This document shows positions 19,886-29,297 of a DNA stretch of 64,000 bases, one piece after another; positions within the stretch are counted from its first letter, which is position 1; each line of letters opens with the position of its first letter. Origin of the DNA: Candidatus Micrarchaeia archaeon (GTDB lineage Archaea > Micrarchaeota > Micrarchaeia > Burarchaeales > Fermentimicrarchaeaceae); contig JAVZHX010000001.1 of NCBI GenBank assembly GCA_038871515.1, positions 318,915 through 382,914 of the forward strand. Direction: 5' to 3'. The notes under the pieces are model-generated. The model was not told where the DNA came from. It did no database searches and was given only the letters and a program-made list of their open reading frames with translations. Made by a program: the position numbers and the translations under genes.

Positions 19886-20133
19886 AAGCGAGTGATGAGC
19901 CGACAGCTTTCCCGCAAGGGAGGAAGTTCCACCCATCGCGAAAGCTTGGGAACCTAAGGTTCGGACGGGAACAGAAACAAGACTGGCTGATTCAAATGAG
20001 AATGAAGCAATGAGATGAATCAGGACAGGTGAAAAGCGCCCGTTGCAAAAGCGAGATGTGCGATGCAAGGCTTTGAGCCGCTTAGTCAAATGCTGTCTAA
20101 AACAAAAGGTGGGCTATGGCTCGTCACTCACTT
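19886..20133 (+). ncRNA. rnpB: RNase P RNA (compact, type M-like)
   Basis: P1 GAGTGATGAGCC/GGCTCGTCACTC; CR-I GAGGAAGTTCCACCC pairing with CR-V AACAAAAGGTGGGCTA; ACAGAAA and GGTGAAA conserved loops; GCTTAG. Confidence 0.93.
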
Positions 20134-20273
20134 CGGTTTAAGTTTACTTTAATTTATAACTCAATAATCGTTTCTTTTTTTCCTTATTCAAGGTAGCAAA
20201 CATTTTAACCAAATGAATACCATAACTTTTCCTCTACGTATCATATTTGTGCGTGATTTGTGAGCAACTCCAA

Positions 20274-20684
20274 CTACTTCCGCGAGAGCGCCTTGTGAAA
20301 AAGATCTTCCGCATACTCCAGCGCATGCTCAAGCTCCTTTTCATCAAAAGAGCCGTAGCGGTAGCCAGCTTGGTGCAGCTTGGCGGCGCAGGCAAGGTAT
20401 TCATTATATTCCGCTTCGGAGAGAATCTTCTTTCTGAGGAGGTTATCCCTCACGAGGAACTGCAACGCGAGCCTGCCGCTGAACTCCCTCTCCTTGCCGG
20501 GGTAAGTTATCTTTTTTATTCCTTCCTCGTAAAGCATTGCCTCCAGCGAGTTCTCTATTGCGCGGAATATCTCCTCTGCCGCAACGAACAGCCTGTCCTC
20601 CTCCAGATTCTTCTTGGCGGAGAGCAGGTATTCCTCAGCCTTCTCAAGCGCCCATCTGACCAAATCTTCTCGGCTTTCTGCCAT
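20274..20684 (-). CDS. HEPN domain protein
   Basis: AEEYLLSAKKNL..AAEEIFRAIE helical HEPN pattern, GYRY near C-terminus; follows the MNT gene. Confidence 0.75.
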   Translation of the reverse strand: MAESREDLVRWALEKAEEYLLSAKKNLEEDRLFVAAEEIFRAIENSLEAMLYEEGIKKITYPGKEREFSGRLALQFLVRDNLLRKKILSEAEYNEYLACAAKLHQAGYRYGSFDEKELEHALEYAEDLFHKALSRK

Positions 20685-21282
20685 AAAGCTCAACTCCTTC
20701 AGTTTGAACAGTTGTTATGAAACCATCCTTCCGCTCAAGCGCATTAACATACTCCTTTCTTGTCATTACTAGCGGGTAGCAGATGAAACCATAAGCAAGG
20801 CTGATTTCATTATTTATGTAGTCAATCAAACTGTTGAAAAGCCTCTCCTTCTCCTCATCATTCCTTAGTATGAAGACCATGTCTATATCGCTCGGCGAAT
20901 GCGCTATGTCGCTCCTTGCTTTTCCCTTTGCTACGCTCCCTATAAGGATGACTGCTTCAAGGCTTTTTGAGTGCGAGGCTGCAAATGCTGTTATTCTCTT
21001 TGCAGCTTCAAGGTAGACTTTTCCCAAATCCTTGAATAACCGCTCCAACGAGCGGAAGAGGAAATGCTTTCGGTTTATGGAGTAAACTTTTGTCTTGCCA
21101 ACCCTCTCAAGGTGCACCAGCCCGCTTCCAACAAGCTCCGGCATCTGGCGGTTTATCTCAGAGATGGCGGCTCCGGCATTTCTGGCTAGCTCCTTCTCAA
21201 TGTAACGCTTGTCTGGAGAGTTTACGAGAAGGTTCAGGACGCTTACCTTCGTGCTTGTGCCGAGGATTTTTTCAAGGTACAT
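20644..21282 (-). CDS. wHTH-minimal nucleotidyltransferase (MNT) fusion
   Basis: N-terminal HTH (EKELARNAG..SEI), ILIGSVAKG..SDIDM; start moved to ATG 21282. Confidence 0.85.
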   Translation of the reverse strand: MYLEKILGTSTKVSVLNLLVNSPDKRYIEKELARNAGAAISEINRQMPELVGSGLVHLERVGKTKVYSINRKHFLFRSLERLFKDLGKVYLEAAKRITAFAASHSKSLEAVILIGSVAKGKARSDIAHSPSDIDMVFILRNDEEKERLFNSLIDYINNEISLAYGFICYPLVMTRKEYVNALERKDGFITTVQTEGVELYGRKPRRFGQMGA

Positions 21283-21290
21283 CACATCAC

Positions 21291-21326
21291 TTTCGGTTTT
21301 CAGAATTATATTTCGGAAATAAGAAA
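21291..21326. promoter_or_regulatory. Two TTC-N8-GAA boxes at 20-bp spacing upstream of the HTH-MNT gene
   Basis: TTTCGGTTTTCAGAAT at 21291 and TTTCGGAAATAAGAAA at 21311. Confidence 0.45.
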
Positions 21327-21459
21327 TATAAGCGTTTTGGTAGGTGATGTAAGTAGAAGGTCTCACTCGCATGTTGCACTGGTGATTAACTCTGGAACAT
21401 GATCGTCTTTTCTCCCCTCACTCTTTTAAATTTTCTACTTCACAACTAATATGCCAAGG

Positions 21460-21578
21460 GCCAAGGTAGCTCAGCCTGGTTAGAGCACCAGACTCATAAG
21501 CTCAGCTTAATGAGTGATGAGCGAAAAGCGATGATGTGGGCAATCTGGGTGTCGCGAGTTCAAATCTCGCCCTTGGCA
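21460..21578 (+). tRNA. tRNA-Met(CAT), elongator-type, with 44-nt intron at 37/38 (21499-21542)
   Basis: GCCAAGG/CCTTGGC acceptor; CCAGA CTCATA|intron|A TCTGG; BHB central helix CTCA/TGGG. Confidence 0.93.
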
Positions 21579-22796
21579 CTATTTCTTCTTGGAATGTGAC
21601 TCCAGCCACTCGTTGAACTCCTTCTCCAAATCCTCTGTCATGGGTGGAATTGAAGGAGGCGGGGAGGGAGGAGCTTGCGGAGTTGTTTTGGTTGGTTTTA
21701 CCTCTTTCACCCTTGACAGAAGCAGCGCAGCAACAGCCGCAATAATAATGATGATTATGAGAAATGCCCCTCCAATAATCAATAAGGTATAATCAGGTGG
21801 CTGCTCTTCCTCCTTACTTGTATTCTGAACTGCTGGTGGGATAACGGTTTGGTTTGTTTTATTTTCAATGCACTTTCCTATTGATTTCACTGAAAGCAGA
21901 ATTGACTCGTTTGCAGAAGACAATTTTGAGAAAGCCAAAGCATAATTATCAACCGAAACTGCCTCCTCAGCATCCTTCAAAGAGGAATTTGCGCTTCGCA
22001 GAGCTGCTTCAGAAAGGGTTACGTTCGCACCGCACTTTTTACCTTGCAGAACAACCTCTGCAACTGAGGCAACTCTTGCTTTTGTGCTGTTTATAAGTGA
22101 AACTGCATCCGTGCAGTTCTTTTTAAGCTGCATAAAAGATGCGTTTGCCTGCTGAAGAAGAGTTGATGCGTTGAGCACATAATTCCACGCAGAAGTAAGG
22201 CTGCATACCCTGAGGGAAGTGTTCGCATTATACAGATTGTAGAGGGAATGCTGGAGGAACTGCAGACTTCGGTTCATACCGCAACACAAGTTATTATAAC
22301 ATCTGCTCCCAAGCTCAACGTTGAACTTCTCCATAGCAAACTCAACTTCCTTCATCCTTGAAACAATATTCTCCTCATACGGCGATGTATGGTAGTCAAG
22401 CGTAACCTCAACCATCCTCATATACTCCTCAAACCCATCACTTCCAATCGCTTTAACCCATGTCTTTGCGGTGCCGTTTAAACCGCCCATCATGGTCGCC
22501 AGTGATAGTGAACAGCTTGTATACCCTCTTGGCGGAACAGTGGTTGTCCCACCGCTGCATCTCAGCTTCTCCCCCTTTCTGAAGGAACCTGTGCTCAAAT
22601 CATACCACTCATACGAAAGATAGAGAGTGCGGTAGGATGGGTTTTGGAGGGAGAAGGAAATCTCCATGGTGTTTGGAGTGCCATCCGCCTTGCAGTTGCA
22701 CCCTGAGAAGTAAGGAGCGCCAACCAATTCAATTTCAAGCTGTGCCGCAGAGACAACGCTCACCAGAAACAGGAAGGTAAGGAACCTGCTTCTCAT
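21579..22796 (-). CDS. Secreted Cys-rich protein with C-terminal TM anchor and Pro-rich tail
   Basis: Signal peptide, helical repeats, many NxS/T sites, hydrophobic segment then PPSPPPS. Confidence 0.7.
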   Translation of the reverse strand: MRSRFLTFLFLVSVVSAAQLEIELVGAPYFSGCNCKADGTPNTMEISFSLQNPSYRTLYLSYEWYDLSTGSFRKGEKLRCSGGTTTVPPRGYTSCSLSLATMMGGLNGTAKTWVKAIGSDGFEEYMRMVEVTLDYHTSPYEENIVSRMKEVEFAMEKFNVELGSRCYNNLCCGMNRSLQFLQHSLYNLYNANTSLRVCSLTSAWNYVLNASTLLQQANASFMQLKKNCTDAVSLINSTKARVASVAEVVLQGKKCGANVTLSEAALRSANSSLKDAEEAVSVDNYALAFSKLSSANESILLSVKSIGKCIENKTNQTVIPPAVQNTSKEEEQPPDYTLLIIGGAFLIIIIIIAAVAALLLSRVKEVKPTKTTPQAPPSPPPSIPPMTEDLEKEFNEWLESHSKKK

Positions 22797-22859
22797 TTGT
22801 TCACCACCTAAATTTCTGGAGAATGAAGTATTTAAGGCTTAGTCATAAAAAATAGAAGT

Positions 22860-23588
22860 ATGATACCTGAGAACCACCCAAGAAGAAAATCCCTTCTTCT
22901 GAGAGAGAAGCTCATAAGGGGTTACAGAGAAGGTATTGTTTGCGAAGCTGGTCTGATTGCCCATGGAAGAGGGGAGGCTTTTGACTATCTTCTTGGCGAG
23001 AGAACAAGAAAGCCAGCCAGAAAGGCGATAAGGGCAGCTGCAGCCGCACTGCTTCTCGCAAAGCATCCGGTGATTTCTGTTAATGGAAATGCTGCAGCGC
23101 TTGCAGCAGAAGAAATTGCAAAGCTTGCAAAGGAGTTGAACTGCAAAGTTGAAGTGAATTTATTCTACAGAACTCAGAGAAGAGCTGAAAAAATAGCAAA
23201 AAAGCTTAGAAAGGCTGGCGTGAAGGAAGTGCTAGGAGTAAACGATGCAACTGCGAGAATACCTGAGCTTTTCAGCGAAAGAAGAAAGGTGAGCAGGAAG
23301 GGAATTTACAAAGCAGATTGTGTTTTAATTCCACTTGAGGATGGGGATAGGTGTGAGGCGCTTGTGAGGATGGGGAAAAGAACAATTGCAGTTGATTTAA
23401 ACCCACTTTCAAGGACTGCTGTTAAAGCAGATATAACAATAGTTGATGAAGTAACAAGGGCGCTTCCACTTCTGCTTGAAGAAGTGAAGAAGCTGAAAAA
23501 GAAAAGCAAAGGATATCTTGCTTCAATTCTGAAAAAGTATAATAACAAAAAAACTCTTGAGGAGAGCAGAAAACTAATAAATCTTTGA
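22860..23588 (+). CDS. Archaeal phosphopantothenate synthetase
   Basis: [52 protein letters not shown]. Confidence 0.93.
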   Translation: MIPENHPRRKSLLLREKLIRGYREGIVCEAGLIAHGRGEAFDYLLGERTRKPARKAIRAAAAALLLAKHPVISVNGNAAALAAEEIAKLAKELNCKVEVNLFYRTQRRAEKIAKKLRKAGVKEVLGVNDATARIPELFSERRKVSRKGIYKADCVLIPLEDGDRCEALVRMGKRTIAVDLNPLSRTAVKADITIVDEVTRALPLLLEEVKKLKKKSKGYLASILKKYNNKKTLEESRKLINL

Positions 23589-24866
23589 CTGAAGAGGCTT
23601 GCTGTATACAATCTTTCCTCTTGAAACTGTCATAACAGGCATTCCGACAACCTGGAACCCTTCAAAAGGAGTCCACTTGCACTTTGTGTATAAATCCTTC
23701 CCATGTATCTCATACTTCTTTTTCAAATCAACCACAACAATATCCGCATCGCTTCCCTCTGCAAGCACCCCTTTCTGTGGGTATAAACCCATTCTTTTTG
23801 CTGGGTTGATGCACATAAGTTTTGTAAGCTGATAGAGAGTTATCAACTTTCTTTTAACTGCGGTGAGCATAAGCGGAAGCATTGTTTCAATCCCAGGCAC
23901 ACCCGCAGGTGCTTCCCAGTAATGTTTTCTTTTCTCCTCCTTTGTATGAGGGGCATGGTCGCTTGCAACAATATTAACAACTCCCCTTGCTATTCCCTCC
24001 CACAAAGCTTCCTGATCTTCTCGGCTTCTCAGAGGGGCATTTACTTTGCCAAAGTTCCCCAGCTCCTTCATATTTTCTTCTGTTAGGAATAGATGATGGG
24101 GCGTCACATCGCACGTCACATCAACCTTCTTCTTCATACTTTTTATAAGTCTTATGGACTCTGCTGTTGAAACGTGAGTTATATGCAACTTCACACCTGT
24201 TTCCTTTGCAAGCTGCAGCGCTGTTGCAACTGCAATTGCTTCCGAAAAAGCTGGCCTTACCTGTGAGTGTATCGCTGGGTCGCTCTTCTTTTTAAACTTC
24301 TCAGCCAGATGAATGTTTATCTCCGCATCCTCAGCATGCGTTATTGCAACCTTCCCTGTTTTTGCTATTTCTTTATACGCTTCGTAAAGCTCTGCTTTGT
24401 CTATCTGAAGCTCCCCAAAGGATTCGCACATGAATATTTCCCCGTATGCGCCAACTGCACCTGCCATCCCTGCAAGCTCGTGAATGTTTCCCTTTCTAAC
24501 TCCCCCACATATTCTGAAATCTATCTTGCATTTCTCCTCAGCAATCTTTCTTTTCTCCTCAACTCTCTGAAGAGTTGTTGTTGGTGGCATGGTGTTTGGC
24601 ATGTCGAAAACAAGAGTCACTCCTCCGTGAGCAGCTGCTCTGCTTCCGCTCTCCCAATCCTCCTTGTAAGTTGCTCCAGGATCGCGGAAGTGGGCGTGTA
24701 TGTCAATTACGCCGGGCAGTATTAACTCATTTTTGAAAGCAACTGTCTTCTCAGCCTCCCCTATACTTCTTCCTATTCTGGCTATTTTTCCCTCACTTAT
24801 CCCAATCTCGCACTGCACAACCCTCCTTTTGAGCAGCGCGTTTCCAACAAGCTTCAGCTCATACAT
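23574..24866 (-). CDS. pyrC: Dihydroorotase
   Basis: [32 protein letters not shown]. Confidence 0.88.
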   Translation of the reverse strand: MYELKLVGNALLKRRVVQCEIGISEGKIARIGRSIGEAEKTVAFKNELILPGVIDIHAHFRDPGATYKEDWESGSRAAAHGGVTLVFDMPNTMPPTTTLQRVEEKRKIAEEKCKIDFRICGGVRKGNIHELAGMAGAVGAYGEIFMCESFGELQIDKAELYEAYKEIAKTGKVAITHAEDAEINIHLAEKFKKKSDPAIHSQVRPAFSEAIAVATALQLAKETGVKLHITHVSTAESIRLIKSMKKKVDVTCDVTPHHLFLTEENMKELGNFGKVNAPLRSREDQEALWEGIARGVVNIVASDHAPHTKEEKRKHYWEAPAGVPGIETMLPLMLTAVKRKLITLYQLTKLMCINPAKRMGLYPQKGVLAEGSDADIVVVDLKKKYEIHGKDLYTKCKWTPFEGFQVVGMPVMTVSRGKIVYSKPLQSKIY

Positions 24867-24902
24867 GCAACCACTATTTTATTAACTGTTCCATTTAAAT
24901 TT

Positions 24903-25433
24903 ATGGCTACTCTGACTGAGCTTGGCGTAAGACAGGTTGCTGGCCCTATTACACAGTTCATCGCAAACCAGAAGATTGAGCTTTTCACAGTTCTTTCCCT
25001 TTACGTTGATTATTATTTGTATTTCATTCTCCCTCTTTCATTAATTTTCTTCTATAAAAAAACAGGCAAAAGAAGAGTATTATCGCTTGTTGTTGGGCTG
25101 TTGCTTGTTTACCTGTCTGTTTCATCAATTAAAAATATCTATAAACAACCAAGACCGTGTGATGTATACACAAAAGTTTGGTGCCCTTCTGATTACTCCT
25201 TCCCAAGCGGGCACTCCGCAGTTGCTTTCGCATTTGTGTTTTTTTCTTTGGGAACAGCTGCTTTTCCATTCTACTATGCCAGTGCATTTATTGTTGTTTT
25301 AAGCAGAATGTACTTGGGAGTTCATACTTTGAATGATGTTATTGGCGGTGCAGTTGTTGGCATTTTCATGTATCACATTGCTGAGAAGGTGGTTGAGGCA
25401 TGCTTGAGATACGCAGGAGAGCTATCCATATAA
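24903..25433 (+). CDS. PAP2 family phosphatase
   Basis: K-x6-RP, SFPSGH, SRMYLGVH-x3-D. Confidence 0.92.
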   Translation: MATLTELGVRQVAGPITQFIANQKIELFTVLSLYVDYYLYFILPLSLIFFYKKTGKRRVLSLVVGLLLVYLSVSSIKNIYKQPRPCDVYTKVWCPSDYSFPSGHSAVAFAFVFFSLGTAAFPFYYASAFIVVLSRMYLGVHTLNDVIGGAVVGIFMYHIAEKVVEACLRYAGELSI

Positions 25434-25972
25434 CGTTTGGCTTGCTCCTCATCGCTGCTCTTCTCCTCCGGGGGGAGGGAAACCGTGAGTTAATAGAAGG
25501 AGTGCTTTTTGCAGTTTTTCTTATTGGGCTTTGGATTATTGATATGAAGCTTAAGAAAAGAAAGCTTCCGGTTGTTGATTATTTGCTTGAAACATTTGAA
25601 AGGCCTCACGCACTGCCTGCATACGGCGCTTTCTGGTATGGAATGGGTGTTTTACTGCTTCTCTCCTTCGTTGGTGATTTAAACTTTATTTGCGCTTCCA
25701 TTGCAATTCTTGCATTGGGGGATGGTTTTTCAACTCTTATTGGAAGAATGGGGAACACTAGGTTTTTCTACAATAAAAAGAAAACTCTTGAGGGAAGCAT
25801 TGCTTTTTTCATTGTAAGTTCTTTCGCTTCTTATCCATTTATTGGTTTCAGCGGAGTTGTGCTCGCATTCATCTGTTCAGTTGCTGAAAGTATAGACTGG
25901 GGAGTTGATGATAATTTCATAATACCACTTATTTGTGTTGTGTATTATATGAGATTAATGTGGGCAGTTTGA
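25400..25972 (+). CDS. Dolichol/polyprenol kinase-like membrane protein
   Basis: RRAIH, GDGFSTLIG, KKTLEGS, DDNF. Confidence 0.85.
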   Translation: MLEIRRRAIHITFGLLLIAALLLRGEGNRELIEGVLFAVFLIGLWIIDMKLKKRKLPVVDYLLETFERPHALPAYGAFWYGMGVLLLLSFVGDLNFICASIAILALGDGFSTLIGRMGNTRFFYNKKKTLEGSIAFFIVSSFASYPFIGFSGVVLAFICSVAESIDWGVDDNFIIPLICVVYYMRLMWAV

Positions 25973-26956
25973 GGAGATTAAGCATGGACTATCGAAACCA
26001 GTTGCCGTTTCAGTTGCTGCGACTAAGTCAAATATAAGGATACTACTAACACCACAAGTGTCGGAGCACCAATGTACAAAAAGATTTGAGAGTGCACTAC
26101 CTGATGTATCAGTGAACGTTGGGTTGGGGTCTATGGTATAGTACAAACATTCAGGATCCGCACAGTTATCGCAGTATGAGGGGTTATTTCGCAGATAAAG
26201 AAAAACGGGGATATTCTTCATTGGAGAGTTAAATTGGTCTTTAACATTAATGTAAATTTTTAGTGGTTTAGTCAAGTTACATTCCCAGGTAGAACAGGAA
26301 TCTATGAAGGGATCGGAGCAGTTAACAAGAACGGTTATATACTTCGCTCTTGGTGGTGGGCAGTCCCATCCGCAGTTTGTATAATTTTCACCAAGAGCAG
26401 CATTACACACTCCATCCATGCAGTAGGGAGCAACGCCGGCAGGCATAAGCTCAAGGTTTGTAACCACTTTTCCGTATGATGTTCTATTTGTTCCATTTAT
26501 GCAGAAAAGCGCTCCAACCCCGCAGCTTGTGTAATTTAACATCACGCTGAACTTTGCTGATTTTCCAACAGATGGGACAACCTGCTTATCCTTAATATCA
26601 AATATGCAGAGTATCACATCGCCTGTTTTCACAATATCCGCAGGACCGGTGCAGTTGCCAGTATAGTTATTCACCCCGCTCTTCCCAACGTTTTCAACTG
26701 TTAGAACTTGCCTTTTATCGTAAAACATTATATCTCTCCCAACTCCATTTGTTAACTTCAGCACCACTCTCATCGTCCCATCAGTTTTTTTGAAAAACTG
26801 ATAGCTTGTGCAGGGAAACTCCATGCCAAAGTTGCATTCTGTGGGGGTTTGCTGTAAAGTTGAAATGAAATAAAACACAAAAACGATAAAAACAATAACT
26901 GCAAGAAGCGCCCATCCATAAGAGGTTAGGAACTCTATTCCGGCTTGCGCTTTCAT
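25955..26956 (-). CDS. Class III signal peptide protein with Cys-rich linker and Ig-like C-terminal domain
   Basis: KA/QAGIEFLTSYGWAL; CMDGVC..GENYTNCGWDC; VKDQFNSP..TDTSG. Confidence 0.75.
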   Translation of the reverse strand: MKAQAGIEFLTSYGWALLAVIVFIVFVFYFISTLQQTPTECNFGMEFPCTSYQFFKKTDGTMRVVLKLTNGVGRDIMFYDKRQVLTVENVGKSGVNNYTGNCTGPADIVKTGDVILCIFDIKDKQVVPSVGKSAKFSVMLNYTSCGVGALFCINGTNRTSYGKVVTNLELMPAGVAPYCMDGVCNAALGENYTNCGWDCPPPRAKYITVLVNCSDPFIDSCSTWECNLTKPLKIYINVKDQFNSPMKNIPVFLYLRNNPSYCDNCADPECLYYTIDPNPTFTDTSGSALSNLFVHWCSDTCGVSSILIFDLVAATETATGFDSPCLISSNCPH

Positions 26957-26988
26957 GTTATTGATTAAAGGAGGAGGTATATAAATTG

Positions 26989-27165
26989 CTACTGGTTTTT
27001 CTCCTTCACAACAACAAGAGGTATAACCCCTTTCTCAAACTCCATATACGCAATCTTTATCGGGTTAGCTTTGCTTTCAACTTCTATGAGAGGTGGTGCT
27101 CCAGATGCAAGTTGCAAAGCACGCGCTCCAATCAACCTGGCTTTTTCAAAACGTGTCAACTCCAT
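26989..27165 (-). CDS. rpoK: RNA polymerase subunit K (Rpo6), 58 aa
   Basis: Manual translation MELTRFEKARLIGARALQLASGAPPL...GVIPLVV; below the ORF track size cut-off. Confidence 0.96.
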   Translation of the reverse strand: MELTRFEKARLIGARALQLASGAPPLIEVESKANPIKIAYMEFEKGVIPLVVVKEKNQ

Positions 27166-27173
27166 CCAACCAC

Positions 27174-28352
27174 CTAGAATAATGCGCTCAGCACCTTAAG
27201 AAGCTGAGGCCTTTTGAGAAGAACTTTCTCAACAACTGGTTTATAATCCCCTTTTATCAACTTATCCAAATCCTCATCATTCAAATTTTCAAAAACTGCA
27301 TTCAAATCATCATCATTTAATTTTTCAAGCACCTTCCTCAAGCGCAACCTTCTCATCAACTTCGGCTCAGCTTTCTTCCTCCATTTGGTTTCATACTCAT
27401 ATAAACTCTTTTTATCAGTTTTCCCCTCCAGCGCGCACTTCGCTGCAACCTCCCCAGCAATTCCACCTGCCTCCATCGCAAGAGCCATTCCTCCTCCGTG
27501 AATTGGGTCAACCTGGTGAGCAGCCGTGCCAACAACCATCAACCCATCTGCAACAAGCTCCTTCAAAGGCTCTCCCACAGGTATCAAACCACCTTTTATT
27601 GCAACCGTTTGCGCATCCTTGAAACGCTTGTTATTCTTTATGAATTTCTCCAAATAATCAATTGCATTCCCTTTCTCCAAACCACCAATTCCCACTCCCA
27701 CGTTTGCAACATCCTTCCCCTTTGGAAAAACCCACACGTAACCCCTTGGAGCAATGCTCCACCCAAAGTAAATTTCAATCAAATCCTCGCACTCAACATT
27801 CACCATCTCATATTCTATGCCAAAGTCAGTGTCGTATAGAGTTGCAGTTGAGTTCAAGCCAGCCCTTCTCGCAACAGTTGACTCCCCTCCATCTGCAGCA
27901 ATCAGCACTTTGCACGTTGCCTCAAACTTCTCTCCCATTCTATTTGCTTTAACCCCGCAAACCTTCCCCTCCTTCTTTATAACATCATAAACCTCTGTTT
28001 TCACAATCACTTCTGCCCCTGCCCTCCCAGCATCAATCGCCAAATCCTTGTCAAAAACCTTTCTGTCAATCACATAACCTCTCGTCTCTGGGTTCTGTAT
28101 TTTCACTGCTCTCTTCATATTTGGAGAGTAAAGAACAGAACCGCTTATCTCAGCAGATATTGCATTTCTGGATAATTTCAAACCAAGCTCATCCAACCAA
28201 TGCGAGCCGAGCCCCTCCCCGCATCTCACAGGCGCACCAAGCTCCTTTCTTCTGTCTATTAGTAGAACAGATGCTCCTCCCTTTGCAGCTTTTTTTGCAG
28301 CAAAGCTACCCCCAGGCCCCGCTCCAACAACAATCACATCGTAATCAACCAT
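27174..28352 (-). CDS. Digeranylgeranylglycerophospholipid (geranylgeranyl) reductase
   Basis: VVGAGPGG, PVRCGEG, ADG, GYVWVFPKG, PIHGGG; ATG 28352. Confidence 0.92.
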   Translation of the reverse strand: MVDYDVIVVGAGPGGSFAAKKAAKGGASVLLIDRRKELGAPVRCGEGLGSHWLDELGLKLSRNAISAEISGSVLYSPNMKRAVKIQNPETRGYVIDRKVFDKDLAIDAGRAGAEVIVKTEVYDVIKKEGKVCGVKANRMGEKFEATCKVLIAADGGESTVARRAGLNSTATLYDTDFGIEYEMVNVECEDLIEIYFGWSIAPRGYVWVFPKGKDVANVGVGIGGLEKGNAIDYLEKFIKNNKRFKDAQTVAIKGGLIPVGEPLKELVADGLMVVGTAAHQVDPIHGGGMALAMEAGGIAGEVAAKCALEGKTDKKSLYEYETKWRKKAEPKLMRRLRLRKVLEKLNDDDLNAVFENLNDEDLDKLIKGDYKPVVEKVLLKRPQLLKVLSALF

Positions 28353-28356
28353 AAAC

Positions 28357-28530
28357 TCACTTCCTAAGCTCAATTGCTTTCGCCGGGCATGCTTTCGCAC
28401 AGTTCCCGCAGTTTATGCACTTCTTCTCATCATACTCAACAAACGTCTCCTTCAAAACAAGCGCAAGCTTTGGGCAAACGCCAACGCACGCTCCGCAGTA
28501 GATGCATCTTGCTCTGTTGATTTCAATCAA
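28357..28530 (-). CDS. 2[4Fe-4S] ferredoxin, 57 aa, upstream of the reductase
   Basis: Manual translation MIEINRARCIYCGACVGVCP...KCINCGNCAKACPAKAI; not in the ORF track. Confidence 0.92.
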   Translation of the reverse strand: MIEINRARCIYCGACVGVCPKLALVLKETFVEYDEKKCINCGNCAKACPAKAIELRK

Positions 28531-28577
28531 ACCAACACCTCAGCTCTCTCAATTATAGCTGTAAATTAATAAAAAAC

Positions 28578-29249
28578 TTACCACTCGTTATACTCAACAT
28601 CGTTGAACTCGTAGACAATTTTATTCTCCTCATCCCTCCCGCTTGATACCTGGGCTTCAAGAATCTCCTTGCTTCCAGCCAAATTTATATTATGCACAGG
28701 GTCAAACAAGTAAAACCTATTGCCGAAGCTGAACATGACGAACGCGTGCTTGAAACCCCCTTTCATCTCAACAACAACCTTCGCCGTTTTATTCCCAAGT
28801 GCAATAAGCAAGGAACATAGAAAAATTGCCTTATCCATTTCATCAGCAGCTTTCAGCTCAAGTATTTCCTTTGGAGTTAACCAGAACTCAATTGGTATCT
28901 GCTCTGTTTTTATTTCATCCCTCACAAACTCAAATGCTTTCTGAGCAGCTGCTGGAAAATCTCTCTCATAATCGTACTCCTTAAACTCGCGCAGTAATTT
29001 CTCTTTAACCTCAATCACCGCGGAGCTTTGGGGTTTCACAAGGCTCCTTAACTCAGGAATGGATTTGCTTTCCCCTGCTTCTATAAGCTCCCTGTACCTT
29101 TCAATTATCTTCTGGTATATCCTCTCCCTTCTTTTGTATGCTTCCAGCTCCTCATCTGACTTCTTTGGTGGAGGCTCCTCCTTCGGCTGCTCCTCCTTCT
29201 TCCTGAGGAAGGGGATGATGTTTGCAGCGAATATTATTATATATATCAC
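28578..29249 (-). CDS. Transglutaminase-like fold protein (catalytic Cys apparently absent)
   Basis: FEFVRDEI, EFWLTPKE, ADEMDKAIFLCSLL (GDCED position altered), HAFV, LFDP; start uncertain. Confidence 0.6.
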   Translation of the reverse strand: MIYIIIFAANIIPFLRKKEEQPKEEPPPKKSDEELEAYKRRERIYQKIIERYRELIEAGESKSIPELRSLVKPQSSAVIEVKEKLLREFKEYDYERDFPAAAQKAFEFVRDEIKTEQIPIEFWLTPKEILELKAADEMDKAIFLCSLLIALGNKTAKVVVEMKGGFKHAFVMFSFGNRFYLFDPVHNINLAGSKEILEAQVSSGRDEENKIVYEFNDVEYNEW

Positions 29250-29297
29250 CTGATATTCTCTTATGACGTTTAATTAATAAATTCTATAGGTGATTTT

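Noticed and set aside
20125..21300. TCACTTCGGTTT and TCACTTTCGGTTT as att sites flanking the MNT-HEPN pair
   Set aside because: Short and imperfect. The second copy is explained by the RBS plus operator, and no integrase is present.
21340..21405. Possible box C/D sRNA (GTGATGT...GTGATTA...ATGA)
   Set aside because: Boxes are degenerate, there is no proper CTGA D box, and no terminal stem.
26986..27177. Plus-strand 63-aa ORF
   Set aside because: It is antisense to rpoK.
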